Of a stretch of 64,000 nt of DNA, positions 63,294-64,000 are shown in pieces. Source of the DNA: Zootoca vivipara (lineage: Eukaryota). The DNA lies in assembly GCF_963506605.1 (NCBI RefSeq), contig NC_083280.1, positions 61,938,001 through 62,002,000 of the forward strand, read 5' to 3'. The translations under genes were made by a program, and so were the position numbers. Below the pieces are notes generated by a model that saw nothing but the letters and a program-made list of their open reading frames with translations, was not told the DNA's origin and searched no databases. The stretch's first letter is position 1. Each line of letters opens with the position of its first letter.

Positions 63294-63470
63294 TTATTAT
63301 TTATACTCCGCCCATCTGGCTGGGTTTCCCCAGCTACTCTGAGCGGCTTCCAACTGAATATTAAAAACAATAGAGCATCAAACATTAAAAACTTCCCTAA
63401 ACAGGGCCGCCTTCAGTTGTCTTTTAAAAGTAAAATAGTTGCTTATTGCCTTGACATCTGCTGGGAGATG
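63252..63470 (-). mobile_element. LINE (L2-like) 3' end with (AAT)n tail
   Basis: About 14 AAT units followed by TTTATTATTTATAC.CCGCCCATCTGGCTGGG...GCGGCTTCCAAC; the same motif is embedded at ~60420-60475. Confidence 0.65.
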
Positions 63471-63543
63471 CTATGTTCCACATATTAGGCACTTGTTTAG
63501 GTACTAAAAAATGTGCAAAATTAAGAGAAACAAGCTTACATAC

Positions 63544-63643
63544 CTTGCAAATTGCGTGTTACCCATAATTCCATCCCAACGGAGTGTAAACGGCTCAAAT
63601 TTCTCTAGGAGTGTCTTAAATTTTTGTGCAGGATTATCCGATT
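63544..63643 (-). CDS. CFAP46: CFAP46 (TTC40) 3' coding exon n-5
   Basis: (E)SDNPAQKFKTLLEKFEPFTLRWDGIMGNTQFAS; resembles the CFAP46 F-T-x-R-W-x-G...F-x-S segment; donor AG|GTATGT; acceptor has a weak pyrimidine tract. Confidence 0.8.
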
Positions 63644-64000
63644 CTGAGCATACAATTTTTTGTCATTAGGAACATAGGGTTTTCCAGTGCTTACACACCC
63701 ACCCACCCACCCACTCTGCATAATTTTAAGCAGCTGTAGCTTCTAAAAAGAGTATTATTGTAGCTTTGTAAAAAAGCCTACAAAGGTTAGTAGCCTACCA
63801 AAAAAAAAGTTACGAGCCTGCTAGCAGGGTAGTAGTCTGTGTTTTCATGCTGACCACAGAAGACTGGCAGACTGGAAATGCAGGCTTCTAGCAACTTAGG
63901 AGAGTAGGGTTTGTTTGTTTGTTTTCTAGTTTTTCTTTAAATGCCTTCTAGCCAGTGGAGGGCCTGGATTCTTCTCCGCTAGCCTGCTTTGTTTCCATGT

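Overview
Vertebrate genomic DNA, most likely a squamate and probably a lacertid lizard, judging from Sauria/Squam1-type SINEs ending in (ACCTTT)n. Three protein-coding genes can be reconstructed with in-phase GT-AG junctions. (1) NKX6-2, minus strand, 3 exons, 15174->9002, 296 aa. (2) An intact vertebrate-ancient (VA/VAL) opsin, plus strand, 5 exons, 36667-41875, 388 aa, with a possible 321-aa intron-4 read-through isoform. (3) The last six coding exons of CFAP46/TTC40, minus strand, 63643->57389. This matches the known NKX6-2 - VA opsin - CFAP46 synteny of non-mammalian vertebrates. The rest is homeodomain-motif-rich candidate enhancers interleaved with many small, often nested mobile elements: hAT MITEs with 8-bp TSDs, Tc2- and Tigger-like elements, SINEs and L2/CR1 fragments. 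The most notable items are a Penelope fragment carrying a minimal hammerhead-ribozyme core inside a SINE dimer, an ~88-bp TAA/TTA-flanked hairpin element piled up around NKX6-2 and in its putative 3'UTR, a GC-rich Tc2-like element with a 3x98-bp array in NKX6-2 intron 2, and a poly-Ala tract in the NKX6-2 tail. I found no firm evidence of a wholly new protein-coding system. Most ORFs in the supplied track are spurious. There is one assembly gap (61228-61358).
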